Shown one piece after another: positions 1 through 10,010 of a stretch of DNA of 64,000 nt. This DNA is from a bacterium (GTDB taxonomy: Bacteria > UBA8248), in NCBI GenBank assembly GCA_965202625.1, contig CBDBBI010000010.1, forward strand, positions 992,001-1,056,000, read 5' to 3'. The notes under the pieces were generated by a model. It had not been told where the DNA came from. It did not search any database and saw nothing but the letters and a program-made list of their open reading frames with translations. Both the position numbers and the translations under genes were made by a program. The first letter of the stretch is position 1; each line of letters starts with the position of its first letter.

Positions 1-1
1 G

Positions 2-331
2 TACAGCAAGCAGGGGCGGCTGGAGGAGGCTATCGAGGAGTGCCATATGGCCATTGAGGTCGACGATGAGTTCGGAAACCCATACAACGACATCGGCTGC
101 TATCTCATGCAGTTGGGCGAACTCGACGAGGCGACGGGATGGCTCGAGAAAGCGAAGTCCGCCCCGAGATACGAGCCGCGCCATTTCCCTTACGTCAACC
201 TGGGGCGCATCTACCTTCAAAAGGGAGAACATGGCAAGGCGCAAGGCGAGATTTACGAAGCCATCAAGCGCGCCCCGGAGGAGAAGGGTTTGAAGGAAAG
301 GTTCCTGGAGCTGGTTTCACTCCTCAACTAA
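2..331 (+). CDS. Tetratricopeptide repeat protein (5' truncated by window edge)
   Basis: Frame is open from position 2 (YSKQGRLEEAIEECHMAIEVDDEFGNPYNDIGCYL...YVNLGRIYLQKG); TPR-type helical repeats. Confidence 0.85.
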   Translation, partial: YSKQGRLEEAIEECHMAIEVDDEFGNPYNDIGCYLMQLGELDEATGWLEKAKSAPRYEPRHFPYVNLGRIYLQKGEHGKAQGEIYEAIKRAPEEKGLKERFLELVSLLN

Positions 332-383
332 AGGCAAGCACCCTCCGAAAGCCGGCTCTATCTCCTCTTTCTCCGGTCAAAAC

Positions 384-836
384 CTAGCCGGGAATCTTCT
401 CCCTCGCATCTTCTTCCATCCATTCGTCTTCCACGTAGATCGTCTTTGCGGCATCCCGGTTCGGGCAATCGCCATAGGTAAAGACGAGCTCGGCGTCCTC
501 CGTTTCGCTCGGATTGTAAAGCCCGTGAATCTCGCCCGCCGCGCAATATACGAACGTGCCGGTCGGTACCATGTGCTCTTCCTTCTCCTCTCCCATCCAA
601 ACGACAATCGGGCCTTTGACGATGTAGAACGTGGCGTCGCACACGTGATAGTGCCTCTGGTTGCGGCCCTGGGGGGGAATGATGGTGCGCCCCATCGTGA
701 TCGTTCCCGTGCCGGTGGAGTGGCTGTCCACCCCCCACGCGATGATGAGGGGCGGCTCGTATTTTTTGTCCACGCCGATGGCCGTGGAATCAATCAGACA
801 CCAGCGCTGTTTCGTGGGTGCGGACAAAGCGGACAT
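384..836 (-). CDS. Cupin domain protein
   Basis: ATG at 836 after AAGGAG RBS; cupin motifs QRHYH...FYIVKG and GTFVYCAAGEIHGLYN. Confidence 0.8.
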   Translation of the reverse strand: MSALSAPTKQRWCLIDSTAIGVDKKYEPPLIIAWGVDSHSTGTGTITMGRTIIPPQGRNQRHYHVCDATFYIVKGPIVVWMGEEKEEHMVPTGTFVYCAAGEIHGLYNPSETEDAELVFTYGDCPNRDAAKTIYVEDEWMEEDAREKIPG

Positions 837-956
837 GGAGACTCCTTTTGATGGCGGATGACGTGAAATTTCCAAAAGTGCGAACTCCCTGGTTCTCGGA
901 AGCCCGTGTAATCTAACCGCTCGACTCTCGGAGCGCAAGGAGAGAAGCCCGTATGC

Positions 957-1976
957 TCATCCCTCCAGGAACAGCTGCACCTCTCTCAGCAGCTCCATTC
1001 TGCGCTTTTCGAGCTCCATGAAATGCGTGCCGTCGTTGATGATGACGTAGCGCTTGCCCCGGCTGTTGCGGAGCGCCTGATACAGTCCCCACGCCTCCGG
1101 GTCGTCCGAGGCGCCATCCTGATCCCCTCGGATGAGGAGAACGGGACACGTTATCCGGCCTGCATCATAGAGGGGCTTGTTCCTCGCCCGATCATACAAG
1201 TCCAGCAAGGAGCCATTCGCCAACCGAAAAGCGGGCGTCCGGCGCTTGGCTCCCTCCGGGTCATGGCGAAGGAGGGCCTGGAAATACGCCTTCACCACCT
1301 TGGTCTCGCGCCATCTGTGGTGAGCGTCTCCCGGTATATGTCCCCACCATCGCGCGCACACGTCCTTCTCCGCGCACCAGGACCAGGCGCCTCGCCTGGC
1401 GTCAAATTCACCGGGGCTTTTGGGGTCTTCCAGCTGGCGCGCGCGCAAGGGGTTATCATAGGCGTAATAGGGAGCGTAAAGGACGAGCCTGTCTACGCCC
1501 GCCATGTTGTCCGCCGCATAGGCCGGCGCCGTCGTCGTGCCCCAAGAACGGCCCAAAATGGCGATTTTGCTCACGCCCCGCCTGTCAAGGATGAAGTCCA
1601 CCGCCGCTTTGACGTCCCTTACGGCCATCTTGCCAGGTATTGCGGGAGGTTGACCCCTGGGGCTTTCGAACAACTCCCTGGGCCAGGTGGATTCGCCAAA
1701 GCCCCGAATCGAGAGCGCGAAGACGTCAAACCCGCGCGAGGCGACGTAGTCCATCCACGAATAGCCGGAAACTGGAAGGTCATACGCCACGGGGCCGGGC
1801 GCCATCCGTCCGTGCACGAAGAGCAGCGTGGCCCGTTCTCCGAATTTTCTCTTCCCCTTTGGACGCTTCTCCCTTACGTGCAGCCTGACGTCAGAATCGA
1901 GCGAGGGGACGTAGTGATCGATTCTCTCCACCCCCCTCAAGGCGGCGTTCTTCCGCAGCGAAACGCTCACGCCCAA
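957..1976 (-). CDS. Alpha/beta hydrolase
   Basis: LLFVHG, RGFGES, nucleophile elbow GRSWG, PVLLIRGDQD, GTHF. Confidence 0.85.
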   Translation of the reverse strand: MGVSVSLRKNAALRGVERIDHYVPSLDSDVRLHVREKRPKGKRKFGERATLLFVHGRMAPGPVAYDLPVSGYSWMDYVASRGFDVFALSIRGFGESTWPRELFESPRGQPPAIPGKMAVRDVKAAVDFILDRRGVSKIAILGRSWGTTTAPAYAADNMAGVDRLVLYAPYYAYDNPLRARQLEDPKSPGEFDARRGAWSWCAEKDVCARWWGHIPGDAHHRWRETKVVKAYFQALLRHDPEGAKRRTPAFRLANGSLLDLYDRARNKPLYDAGRITCPVLLIRGDQDGASDDPEAWGLYQALRNSRGKRYVIINDGTHFMELEKRRMELLREVQLFLEG

Positions 1977-1982
1977 GTTCCC

Positions 1983-2930
1983 CTAGCTTTTCAGGCGGGA
2001 ATAATCTTGATGATACGCGGGCGGCAGCGCGCCCCCTCGTCCCTGGACGACATGGAGCTTGCCCCATCCCCGGCCTGCATTCCAAAACCTGCGCTGTATG
2101 CCCGCCGGCACCCAACACATGTCCCATGGATGCAGAACCTGCTGATGCGCGTCCCCTCCCTCATCGATCCAGAAGATCGTCCATATTCCCTCCAGGGGGA
2201 TAAACGCTTCTTCGAGGTCCGGATGATCGTGCAGCGGTGCGCCCGAACCCGCCCGGTTTTCGTTGATGACGAACGAGACCTCCCCCTCCGGCAAGGACGG
2301 GGGCGGCCCCACGCCCTCGAGCTCGCCGCCTACACGGCCCGCGTAGCGGCGAATTCCCCGGACTCCCTCGGGCAAGGAAGCTTCGTGATAGACCTGAAAG
2401 TTCATGGGGCATTCATCATAACGAACCACCTGGGCGAGGGGGTCTATGAGAGAAACGCTCTCCATCGCCGCCTCACGCGCCTCTCCCTGAAACATGGGCG
2501 CCTCATACGCCCCGCGCCCATGAATGTAGTAGAGAAACCCGTCCTCGTCTCCACAGTTGTGATAGCCCCGCATGACGCCCGGCGGCATTCGGACGGCGTC
2601 ATAACGCCCAAGCCGGACGGTTCTCATCTCTCCACTGCGCGCGTCTTCCCAAAACACCTCGAACACGCCGGCCCAAACCATGAAGACTTCCTCGAACCGA
2701 TGCGCGTGCAGCGGGGCGCCGTTTTGGGGAGGCGCCATCACCACACCGTTGGCAAGCTCCCAACCGGGGAGTGCCGCCCGCGGCTCCTTATCGCGCGGCC
2801 CGCCGACGTAGCGATAGACGGCCCGATGACGCCCCTGCTCACGGGCGTCGGGAGAGGATTCCCAATCGGGCGCAATCTCGGCGAAACGGACGACGGCGGG
2901 GGGCGTGGCTCTTGAAGCGGGCTGGGTCAT
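1983..2930 (-). CDS. Bicupin (two cupin domains)
   Basis: Duplicated motifs GAPLHAHRFEEVF and GAPLHDHPDLEEAF, each followed by a PxG(V/I)xR motif. Confidence 0.8.
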   Translation of the reverse strand: MTQPASRATPPAVVRFAEIAPDWESSPDAREQGRHRAVYRYVGGPRDKEPRAALPGWELANGVVMAPPQNGAPLHAHRFEEVFMVWAGVFEVFWEDARSGEMRTVRLGRYDAVRMPPGVMRGYHNCGDEDGFLYYIHGRGAYEAPMFQGEAREAAMESVSLIDPLAQVVRYDECPMNFQVYHEASLPEGVRGIRRYAGRVGGELEGVGPPPSLPEGEVSFVINENRAGSGAPLHDHPDLEEAFIPLEGIWTIFWIDEGGDAHQQVLHPWDMCWVPAGIQRRFWNAGRGWGKLHVVQGRGGALPPAYHQDYSRLKS

Positions 2931-2956
2931 CTTCGGACACCTCGGCGGCTATATGT

Positions 2957-4324
2957 TCAGGGGAGGTTGACGCCTTCATATACGCCTTCCGCCCGATACG
3001 CCTCATCAAGCAAGACGACGGGATGCGCCACCCGAAGGTCCATGCCGCGCTCGCGGGCGCCGAAGGCGATCTGAATCTGGCAACCGGGGTTCCCCGTGCA
3101 GATTAAGGGTGCCTTTGCATCCTCGATATGCCCCATTTTCCTGTCGAGAAGACGCATGGAGAGCTCCGTTTGCGTCAGGTTGTAGCTGCCCGCAGAGCCG
3201 CAACACCAGTCGCTTTCCTTGAGAGGCACCACCTCGACGTTGCGAATCGCGGCGAGAACGTCGAGCGGTTCCTTGCATACCTTAAGCGCATGAAACAGAT
3301 GGCAGGGGTGATGATACGCGACCTTGCGAGGCGCGGGATGCGACGCCTCTCTCACTCCAATTTTGGAGAGAAACACGGTGACGTCCATCGCTTTATCGCT
3401 GAACGCCTTCGCGCGGCTTGCGTAGAAGGGATCGTCCGCGAGCAACTCCCCGTAGTCATGGAGCATGGCGCCGCAGCCGGAGACGGCCAGGACGACGGCG
3501 TCGAACTCCCCTGCGCCGATGGCGTCCAGGTTCTCGCGCGCCAGGATTCTCGCCGCCTCCCTGTCCCCGGCGTGGGCCTGGAGTGCGCCGCAACAAGTCT
3601 GCGCAGAAGGAAAAACGACCCGTACCCCGTTCACGGCCAACGCGCGTATGGCGGCCCGGTTCACGTCGCCGAACAGGGTGGACTGGATACATCCGCCGAA
3701 GAAGGCGACGCGGCCTCTCTCCTCTCCGACGGGCGCCACCTCCGGGGGAAGCGCCCTCATTGAGGAGATGGGCGGAACTTTGGGCATCATGGGTTCAAGC
3801 GCGGCCAGTTTGGAGGGCAAAAGACCCATTCTCCTCACCAGGTTTCCCAGAATCGTGGTTTGATACGCTCGGGCGACCGCGCCCGCCAAATTGAGCAGCG
3901 TCCTGCTCGGCAGAAGCCAGCGGAAGAGAATTCTTCTCAGCGCCCTCACGGTCAGGGGACGTTTTCGCACCTTCTCGAGTCCCTCGCGCGCCGCCTCGAT
4001 CAAAGAGCCATAGGGCACGCCCGAAGGACACGAAGTCTCACATGCGCGGCAACCCAGGCATTGATCCAGGTGTTTTATTACCGTCTCGTTCGGAGCCATC
4101 TCGCCGTCCGCCACCATCCGCATGAGATAGATTCTTCCCCTCGGAGAATCCATCTCGCTGCCGAGCAGGGCGAAAGTCGGACAATTCGTCGTGCAGAATC
4201 CACAATGGATGCACCGTTGAATCATCCGTCTGTCGGGAGCGCCCGGACCGACGAAAGGGTTTTCATATTCAGGAAAAATTTGCGCGAAACCTATCTTTTC
4301 GTCTCTCGCCATCGGCGCGTCCAC
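2957..4324 (-). CDS. glcF: Glycolate oxidase iron-sulfur subunit
   Basis: CIHCGFCTTNCP and CLGCRACETSCP 4Fe-4S motifs, DSPRGRI, two CCG domains; operon with glcD/E. Confidence 0.9.
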   Translation of the reverse strand: MDAPMARDEKIGFAQIFPEYENPFVGPGAPDRRMIQRCIHCGFCTTNCPTFALLGSEMDSPRGRIYLMRMVADGEMAPNETVIKHLDQCLGCRACETSCPSGVPYGSLIEAAREGLEKVRKRPLTVRALRRILFRWLLPSRTLLNLAGAVARAYQTTILGNLVRRMGLLPSKLAALEPMMPKVPPISSMRALPPEVAPVGEERGRVAFFGGCIQSTLFGDVNRAAIRALAVNGVRVVFPSAQTCCGALQAHAGDREAARILARENLDAIGAGEFDAVVLAVSGCGAMLHDYGELLADDPFYASRAKAFSDKAMDVTVFLSKIGVREASHPAPRKVAYHHPCHLFHALKVCKEPLDVLAAIRNVEVVPLKESDWCCGSAGSYNLTQTELSMRLLDRKMGHIEDAKAPLICTGNPGCQIQIAFGARERGMDLRVAHPVVLLDEAYRAEGVYEGVNLP

Positions 4325-4325
4325 C

Positions 4326-5705
4326 CTACATCCGGCCCACGAAGCGGCCGGGACTCAAAATCCCCTTTGGATCATACTCTCTCTTGACGTTTCGCATCAG
4401 ACGAAGCGACGCGGGCTCGAGCGCGTCCTCCCCCCAGACGGCTATCTGCTCCCGAACCGCCTCCGGTCCCGCATCCATGCGCAGGTGAACGGAACGCCCC
4501 TCCCCTCCCCTCGCTCCTTCCCGACAACGGGAGGAAAAGGCGCGCCACGCCTCCAAGGGAGAGGACTCCGCATCCTGGGGCGCGAGCCAGCACCTCAACA
4601 CGCCACTGCCCGCATGCGCCGAAACGGCGCAAACATACTTTCCCGCCTGGCCGGCCAGCCGCGCGGCCTCCGCAAAACGGGGCAGTTGATCAAGACGGCC
4701 CGAGGCTCTCAGGGCGAGCGCATCAGGAGTTGAGAAGTCTCCTCCGGGCGGGTCGGCCAGGGTACGGCCGAGGCGCGCGGTTTCCTCATGATCAACGCGC
4801 AAAATTTCACCGCAGCCCTCTCTCACGAGAATCTCCTCGCACCGGGACAACTGATCCCTGAGTCCCGCCTCAAAATCACCGTAAGAGACCGCGAGACTTA
4901 CCGAGCCAGGCAAGGAGATTCCGCCGCCAGAGGCCAACAGTCCGACGCGTTCATCGTTCAACACCTCCACCCACATGGGCGTGAGCGGCGAGGCCATCAA
5001 CACCCTGGCGGCCTTAAACGCGGCGTCCTCGGACGAAAAGCCCGCCGCCACCGCCCCGATGCGCTCAGGAGCCTTATATAGTCGAACGGCCAGTTCGGTG
5101 ACGACGGCCAGCGTCCCCCAACTTCCCGCGAGAAGGCGGTTCATGTCATAGCCGGTAACGTTTTTCACCACCAACGCGCCATAGGTGTGCGTGGCGCCAT
5201 CGGCCAGGGCGACTCTCATTCGCATGACGCGGTCGCGCGCCCGACCCCAGCGCACCCGCATGGGGCCTGAGCGCTCGGCGACGATGGCGCCTCCCACCGT
5301 GGAGGTTTCCGGATGGGGGGGGTCGAGACCCGCCGTCTGACCTTCAGGGCGCGTTAAGGCATCGATATCCTCGACCCTCATCCCCGCCTCCACCACGGCC
5401 GTGAGATCATCCTTCAGGAACTCTACTACCTTCGACATTCGCTCCAAGGAGAGCGCCACGTCATAGTTTTCGGGCGCATACCCCATCCTCGCGCCAGTGC
5501 CCCCTCCCCAAGGAAACACGGCCAGATCTGCTTCGTTCGCGCGCGCAAGAACGCGGCAGAGGGCTTCATGGTCAGCTGGACGCGCCACAACCGATGGCGT
5601 CCTGCCTCCCAGTCTGAAGGAATCCGTCCCCGCGTCCGACAAAAGAGCGGAGTCCCCCACCTCCGCTTCCACGGACTGGGCGAACGAATCGAGTTTCAGG
5701 GCCAT
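4326..5705 (-). CDS. glcE: Glycolate oxidase FAD-binding subunit
   Basis: PWGGGT, VVKNVTGYDMNRLLAGSWGTL, C-terminal DPKGILSPGRF; lies between glcD and glcF. Confidence 0.88.
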   Translation of the reverse strand: MALKLDSFAQSVEAEVGDSALLSDAGTDSFRLGGRTPSVVARPADHEALCRVLARANEADLAVFPWGGGTGARMGYAPENYDVALSLERMSKVVEFLKDDLTAVVEAGMRVEDIDALTRPEGQTAGLDPPHPETSTVGGAIVAERSGPMRVRWGRARDRVMRMRVALADGATHTYGALVVKNVTGYDMNRLLAGSWGTLAVVTELAVRLYKAPERIGAVAAGFSSEDAAFKAARVLMASPLTPMWVEVLNDERVGLLASGGGISLPGSVSLAVSYGDFEAGLRDQLSRCEEILVREGCGEILRVDHEETARLGRTLADPPGGDFSTPDALALRASGRLDQLPRFAEAARLAGQAGKYVCAVSAHAGSGVLRCWLAPQDAESSPLEAWRAFSSRCREGARGGEGRSVHLRMDAGPEAVREQIAVWGEDALEPASLRLMRNVKREYDPKGILSPGRFVGRM

Positions 5706-5712
5706 GGCTCGT

Positions 5713-7158
5713 CTACTTCGTCATTCCCCCGCCCATCCGGGCGACGGCGCCGCCATGCGCGACCGGGAACACGTTGTCCTCATCCGGTATCAGCTTGCCG
5801 GGGTTCATCAAGCCGTCCTCGTCAATGGCGTCGCGCATACGCTCCATAATCTCCAGCGTGGGCGCATCAAACTGGTCCTTCATCTCCCGGATTTTCTCGA
5901 TCCCGATGCCGTGCTCGCCGGAGAGGACGCCCCCCGCCCGTATGCACGCGCGAAGCACATCCGCGCCGCACTCTATCGCCCGCTCCGTCTCTCCGGGCAC
6001 CTGATCGTCAAACAAGACGTTCGGATGCAGACTTCCGTCGCCTGCGTGAAACACGTTGGTGATGCGCAAGCCATAGCGAGAGGAGATTTCATCGAATTCC
6101 GCCAGCACTTGCGCGAGCTTCGAACGCGGCACAGTGCCATCCAGGCAATAGTAGGCGGGCGCGATCACTCCAAAAGCGCCAAACGCTTTTTTCCGTCCCA
6201 TCCAAAGACCCTCGCGCTCCTCTTCGGTCTGCGCCACCCGAAACGAGGAACAATCGTTTTTCTCGCTCACCTCACGAATGAGCGTCTCGAGCGGCCGCAT
6301 GGAGGACGGCAGGCCGTCGAGTTCAATCAGCAAAACGGCCTCGGCATCCTGCGGGTAGCCCGCCTGAACGACCGCCTCGACCGCCTCGACCGTGTAGCGA
6401 TCCATCAGCTCCATCGCGGCGGGAACGGCCCCCGAAGCAATGACGTCGCTCACCGTCCGGCACGCATCGCCCACCTTCGAGAAGCACGCGAGCATGGTGC
6501 GCACGCTATCCGGGTTTGGCGTGAGCCTCACGGTGAGTTCGGTCGTGATGGCGAAAGTCCCCTCCGATCCGATGAAGAACCCGCGCAGATCATAGCCCGG
6601 CGTCTCCTCCCCATCCGCGCCGAGACGCACCACCTCGCCGGTGGGCAGGACGACGGTCATCTCCATGATGTGGTTCGTCGTCATCCCGTACTTGAGACAA
6701 TGCGCGCCGCCGGAGTTTTCGGCCGCGTTGCCGCCGATGGTACAAGCCGCCTGGCTCGATGGGTCCGGCGCGTAATGAAAGCCGTGTGGCAAGGTTTCCT
6801 GAGAGAGACGGAGGTTGATCACCCCTGGCTGGACGCGAGCGAGACGGTTTTCATAATCCAGCTCCAGGATTTTGGTCATCCGCACAAAGACGAGGAGCAC
6901 GCCGCCCGGCAGCGGCGTCGCGCCCCCTGAAAGGCCCGTGCCCGCCCCGCGCGCGATCAGGGGAACACGGTGTTCACGGCAGATTTCGACGACTCGCCGC
7001 ACCTCCTCGGTGGTCTCAGGCAACACGACGGCCGAAGGCACGCCCTTGTAAATCGTGAGTCCATCGCAATCATACGTCCTGCGCGCGACCGGATCCGTAT
7101 AGATGAACTCCTCGCCCACAGCGTCCGTCAATCTTTGAATGAAGTCAGCGCGATTCAC
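5713..7158 (-). CDS. glcD: Glycolate oxidase subunit GlcD (FAD-linked oxidase)
   Basis: RGAGTGLSGGA, APDPSSQAACTIGGN, NSGGAHCLKYG, GSEGT, SGEHGIG. Confidence 0.92.
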   Translation of the reverse strand: MNRADFIQRLTDAVGEEFIYTDPVARRTYDCDGLTIYKGVPSAVVLPETTEEVRRVVEICREHRVPLIARGAGTGLSGGATPLPGGVLLVFVRMTKILELDYENRLARVQPGVINLRLSQETLPHGFHYAPDPSSQAACTIGGNAAENSGGAHCLKYGMTTNHIMEMTVVLPTGEVVRLGADGEETPGYDLRGFFIGSEGTFAITTELTVRLTPNPDSVRTMLACFSKVGDACRTVSDVIASGAVPAAMELMDRYTVEAVEAVVQAGYPQDAEAVLLIELDGLPSSMRPLETLIREVSEKNDCSSFRVAQTEEEREGLWMGRKKAFGAFGVIAPAYYCLDGTVPRSKLAQVLAEFDEISSRYGLRITNVFHAGDGSLHPNVLFDDQVPGETERAIECGADVLRACIRAGGVLSGEHGIGIEKIREMKDQFDAPTLEIMERMRDAIDEDGLMNPGKLIPDEDNVFPVAHGGAVARMGGGMTK

Positions 7159-7262
7159 CTCAAACTCCCGCAGCGCTTCCTGAAAGAGTAAAAACGCATT
7201 AGAGTAGCGTCATATTACATTATATCTACCCTTTAGAAAAAAACGAAGAGAAAGGCGGATTT

Positions 7263-8564
7263 TTGAACGATTCCACGGGTTCCACCCTGGCTTCCAGCCA
7301 TTCGCTCAAGCCTGGAGCAGCGAGCGGCTTATACTACGGCTGGGTGATCGTCGGCATATCGTTCATCACTATGGCCTTCCACATGTCGGCTATCTTCTCC
7401 TTCTCCCTCTTTCAGGTTCCTCTCATCAAGGAATTCGGCTGGAGCCGAGGCGCCCTGGGTGGCGCGTTCGCCCTAAGCATGGGCCTCTACGCCATTTGCA
7501 GCCCCAAGGCAGGCGCCATCCTGGAGAAAAAAGGCCCCAGGGCCTTGCTCCCCTGGGGCTCCATCTCCATTGGAGCGGGATTGGCCCTCGGCTTTTTCAT
7601 CTCATCCCTGTGGCACGTGTACGTTCTCACCGGCCTTCTGCTCGGTCTCGGACTCGCGATGAGTGGCTTCGTGACGCACAACGCGCTCATGCCAAGGTGG
7701 TTCTACAAAAATCGGGGATTGGCTACGGGCATCGCCGTCTCGGGCATCGGCATCGGCTCATTCATCCTGATACCCACTATAGAGAGGCTGATCGCCACCT
7801 TCGGCTGGCGCTACGCCTACCTCATTTTCGGCGGCTCCATATTTTTCCTCATCTTGCCGGTAAAATTGCGCCTGCTCAAAAATCACCCCTCCGACGTTGG
7901 CCAGAACATCGACGGCGCGTCCGACGCGGAGGCTGCGCGGCTTCCAAAACCCCGCCCTTTCCAATCCCAAAAGATAGGCGAAGTATTTCAGAGGGTGAGA
8001 AGAGAGAAAAATTTCTGGGCCTTGATGTTCATCGTCTTCGTTATCGGGTTCAACAACAATTCCATCTGGAGCCAGCTTCAGCTGTTCCTCGTCGACGCGA
8101 ATTTCAGCACCGCGTTCGGCGCCTTCATCTTTGGCCTCACAGGCGCCATCCGTATACTCGGCAGCGTGGTCATGGGCTGGGTAAGCGACTTCGTTGAGCG
8201 AAAGCGCGCTCAAGGCATCTCGATTTTTCTGGCCGGAGTCGGCATCGTATTGCTGCTCCTTGTCCCGCATCTGGGCGACGGAACGACCCTCGCCTTTTTG
8301 TTCGCCGCCGTCTACGGCTTCGGCGTCGGGGGCATGTCCAGCTGCCACGTGGCGATGTCCGCGGACGCCTACGCCGGTCGCTCGTTCGCCGTCATCATGG
8401 GGCTTCTGGAGATCTGTTTCGGTCTCGGAGGCTTCATCGGACCTCCAATGGCGGGTTTCATATTCGATTACATGGGGAGCTACTTCCTCCCCTTCGGCAT
8501 CGTGGTGGTGTTCCAGGCGGTCGCGCTCGCCGTCTGTTTGTTCGTCTATAGTACCGATAAGTAA
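7263..8564 (+). CDS. MFS transporter (OFA/monocarboxylate-like)
   Basis: About 12 hydrophobic segments; YYGWVIV, EFGWSR, WFYKNRGLATG, GWVSD motifs. Confidence 0.9.
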   Translation: MNDSTGSTLASSHSLKPGAASGLYYGWVIVGISFITMAFHMSAIFSFSLFQVPLIKEFGWSRGALGGAFALSMGLYAICSPKAGAILEKKGPRALLPWGSISIGAGLALGFFISSLWHVYVLTGLLLGLGLAMSGFVTHNALMPRWFYKNRGLATGIAVSGIGIGSFILIPTIERLIATFGWRYAYLIFGGSIFFLILPVKLRLLKNHPSDVGQNIDGASDAEAARLPKPRPFQSQKIGEVFQRVRREKNFWALMFIVFVIGFNNNSIWSQLQLFLVDANFSTAFGAFIFGLTGAIRILGSVVMGWVSDFVERKRAQGISIFLAGVGIVLLLLVPHLGDGTTLAFLFAAVYGFGVGGMSSCHVAMSADAYAGRSFAVIMGLLEICFGLGGFIGPPMAGFIFDYMGSYFLPFGIVVVFQAVALAVCLFVYSTDK

Positions 8565-8575
8565 GCCCCTCAACG

Positions 8576-9850
8576 ATGAAGCGAAGAAAATCCGTGCGCC
8601 CCTGGTTCTATTACGGCTGGGTGATCGTCGGCATATCCTTCATCACCATGGCGTTTCATCAAACGGCGCGCTTTTCTTTCTCTATCTTTCAGGTTCCCTT
8701 GATTCAGGAATTCGGTTGGGGACGCGGCGCACTGGGCGGAGCCTACGCCCTGATGCTGGGCAGCTACGCCGTGTTCAGCCCCATCATGGGAAACCTCTTC
8801 GACAAAAAGGGCGCGCGCGCGGTAATGCCCTGGGGCTCGGTGTTCGTCGGCACAGGCTTCATCATGGGGTATTTCATCTCCGATCTATGGCACGTCTACG
8901 TCGTCCCCTGCCTGTTCGTGGGCGTCGGCATGGCGTTGAGCGGCTTCGCCCTCCATAGCGCGCTCATGCCCCAGTGGTTTCAGAAAAACCGGGGCCTCGC
9001 CACCGGGCTGGCTCTCTCGGGCAGCGGAACGGGCATCCTGCTCTTCATACCGCTCATCGAATGGTTCATCGCCACGAGGGGCTGGCGCGCGACGTTTTTT
9101 ATTTTTGGCCTGGCCGTCCTCGTCGTAGCGGTCCCTCTTACGGCGTTGCTGCTCAGAAAAGGACCCGAAGAAGTGGGCCAGCAGATTGACGGAGCATCTC
9201 GTCCTCCTCGTGCTTCCAACGAAACGTCGGGCCCAAAGCGGCCCAGCCCGCCTCTGCGGGAAGTGTTTCGCCAGGTATATGGGGAGAAGAATTTCTGGAC
9301 ACTTCTCATCGTCGTATTCTTCATTGGACTGAACAACAACTCGGTGTTGAGCCAACTCCATCTCTATCTGGTCGACGCCCGATACAGCACGGCCACGGCG
9401 GCCTTCTTTTTCGGGATGCTCGGCGCGATTCGGATGATGGGCACGTTTTTCGTGGGCTGGCTAAGCGACGTCATCGGCAGGCAACGCGCCCAGGCGCTCT
9501 CCTCCTTCATCACGGTCTGCGGGATCGCGATTTTACTGGCCATCCCCCAAGCGTCGTCCAAGATATTGATGGGCTGGGTTTTCATACTCGTCTATGGAAT
9601 CGGCCTCGGGGGGATGAGCGTATGCCACTCATCCATGTCCGCAGACGCGTTCAGGGGGCCCACGTTTGGCGCCACCATCGGGCTGCTCGAGATTTTCTTC
9701 GGACTGGGGGGCTTGATCGGTCCCCCGTTGGCGGGCTTCGTTTTCGACTATACGGGAAGCTACGTGATTCCCTTCCTCAGCATATCCGCCGGCCTGCTCC
9801 TTTGCATTTTCCTGTGCCTGTTCGTCTATGAACCGCCTCATGGGGAATGA
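8576..9850 (+). CDS. MFS transporter, tandem paralog of 7263-8564
   Basis: Same YYGWVIVGISFITMAFH start, WFQKNRGLATG, GWLSDVIGR. Confidence 0.9.
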   Translation: MKRRKSVRPWFYYGWVIVGISFITMAFHQTARFSFSIFQVPLIQEFGWGRGALGGAYALMLGSYAVFSPIMGNLFDKKGARAVMPWGSVFVGTGFIMGYFISDLWHVYVVPCLFVGVGMALSGFALHSALMPQWFQKNRGLATGLALSGSGTGILLFIPLIEWFIATRGWRATFFIFGLAVLVVAVPLTALLLRKGPEEVGQQIDGASRPPRASNETSGPKRPSPPLREVFRQVYGEKNFWTLLIVVFFIGLNNNSVLSQLHLYLVDARYSTATAAFFFGMLGAIRMMGTFFVGWLSDVIGRQRAQALSSFITVCGIAILLAIPQASSKILMGWVFILVYGIGLGGMSVCHSSMSADAFRGPTFGATIGLLEIFFGLGGLIGPPLAGFVFDYTGSYVIPFLSISAGLLLCIFLCLFVYEPPHGE

Positions 9851-10010
9851 GGAACGCGGCGCGCGTTCAAAGGAAACAAAAGAGGACCACAAGAGAAGCA
9901 GATCGTCGCCTTATCTCATGGAGCAATGGGGCGAAAGGAAGCAATTGAGATATGCGGTATCCGAGCTCTTTCCGAAACCCACATTTCAAGAAATAAAATT
10001 GTATAGAGTT

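Noticed and set aside
1023-2915. 630-aa plus-strand ORF
   Set aside because: Antisense shadow of the hydrolase and bicupin genes; no recognisable motifs; common in GC-rich DNA
5497-6930. 477-aa plus-strand ORF (similarly 13952-15136, 47921-49210, 50865-52016, 51839-53191)
   Set aside because: Shadow or alternate-frame ORFs overlapping confidently identified genes
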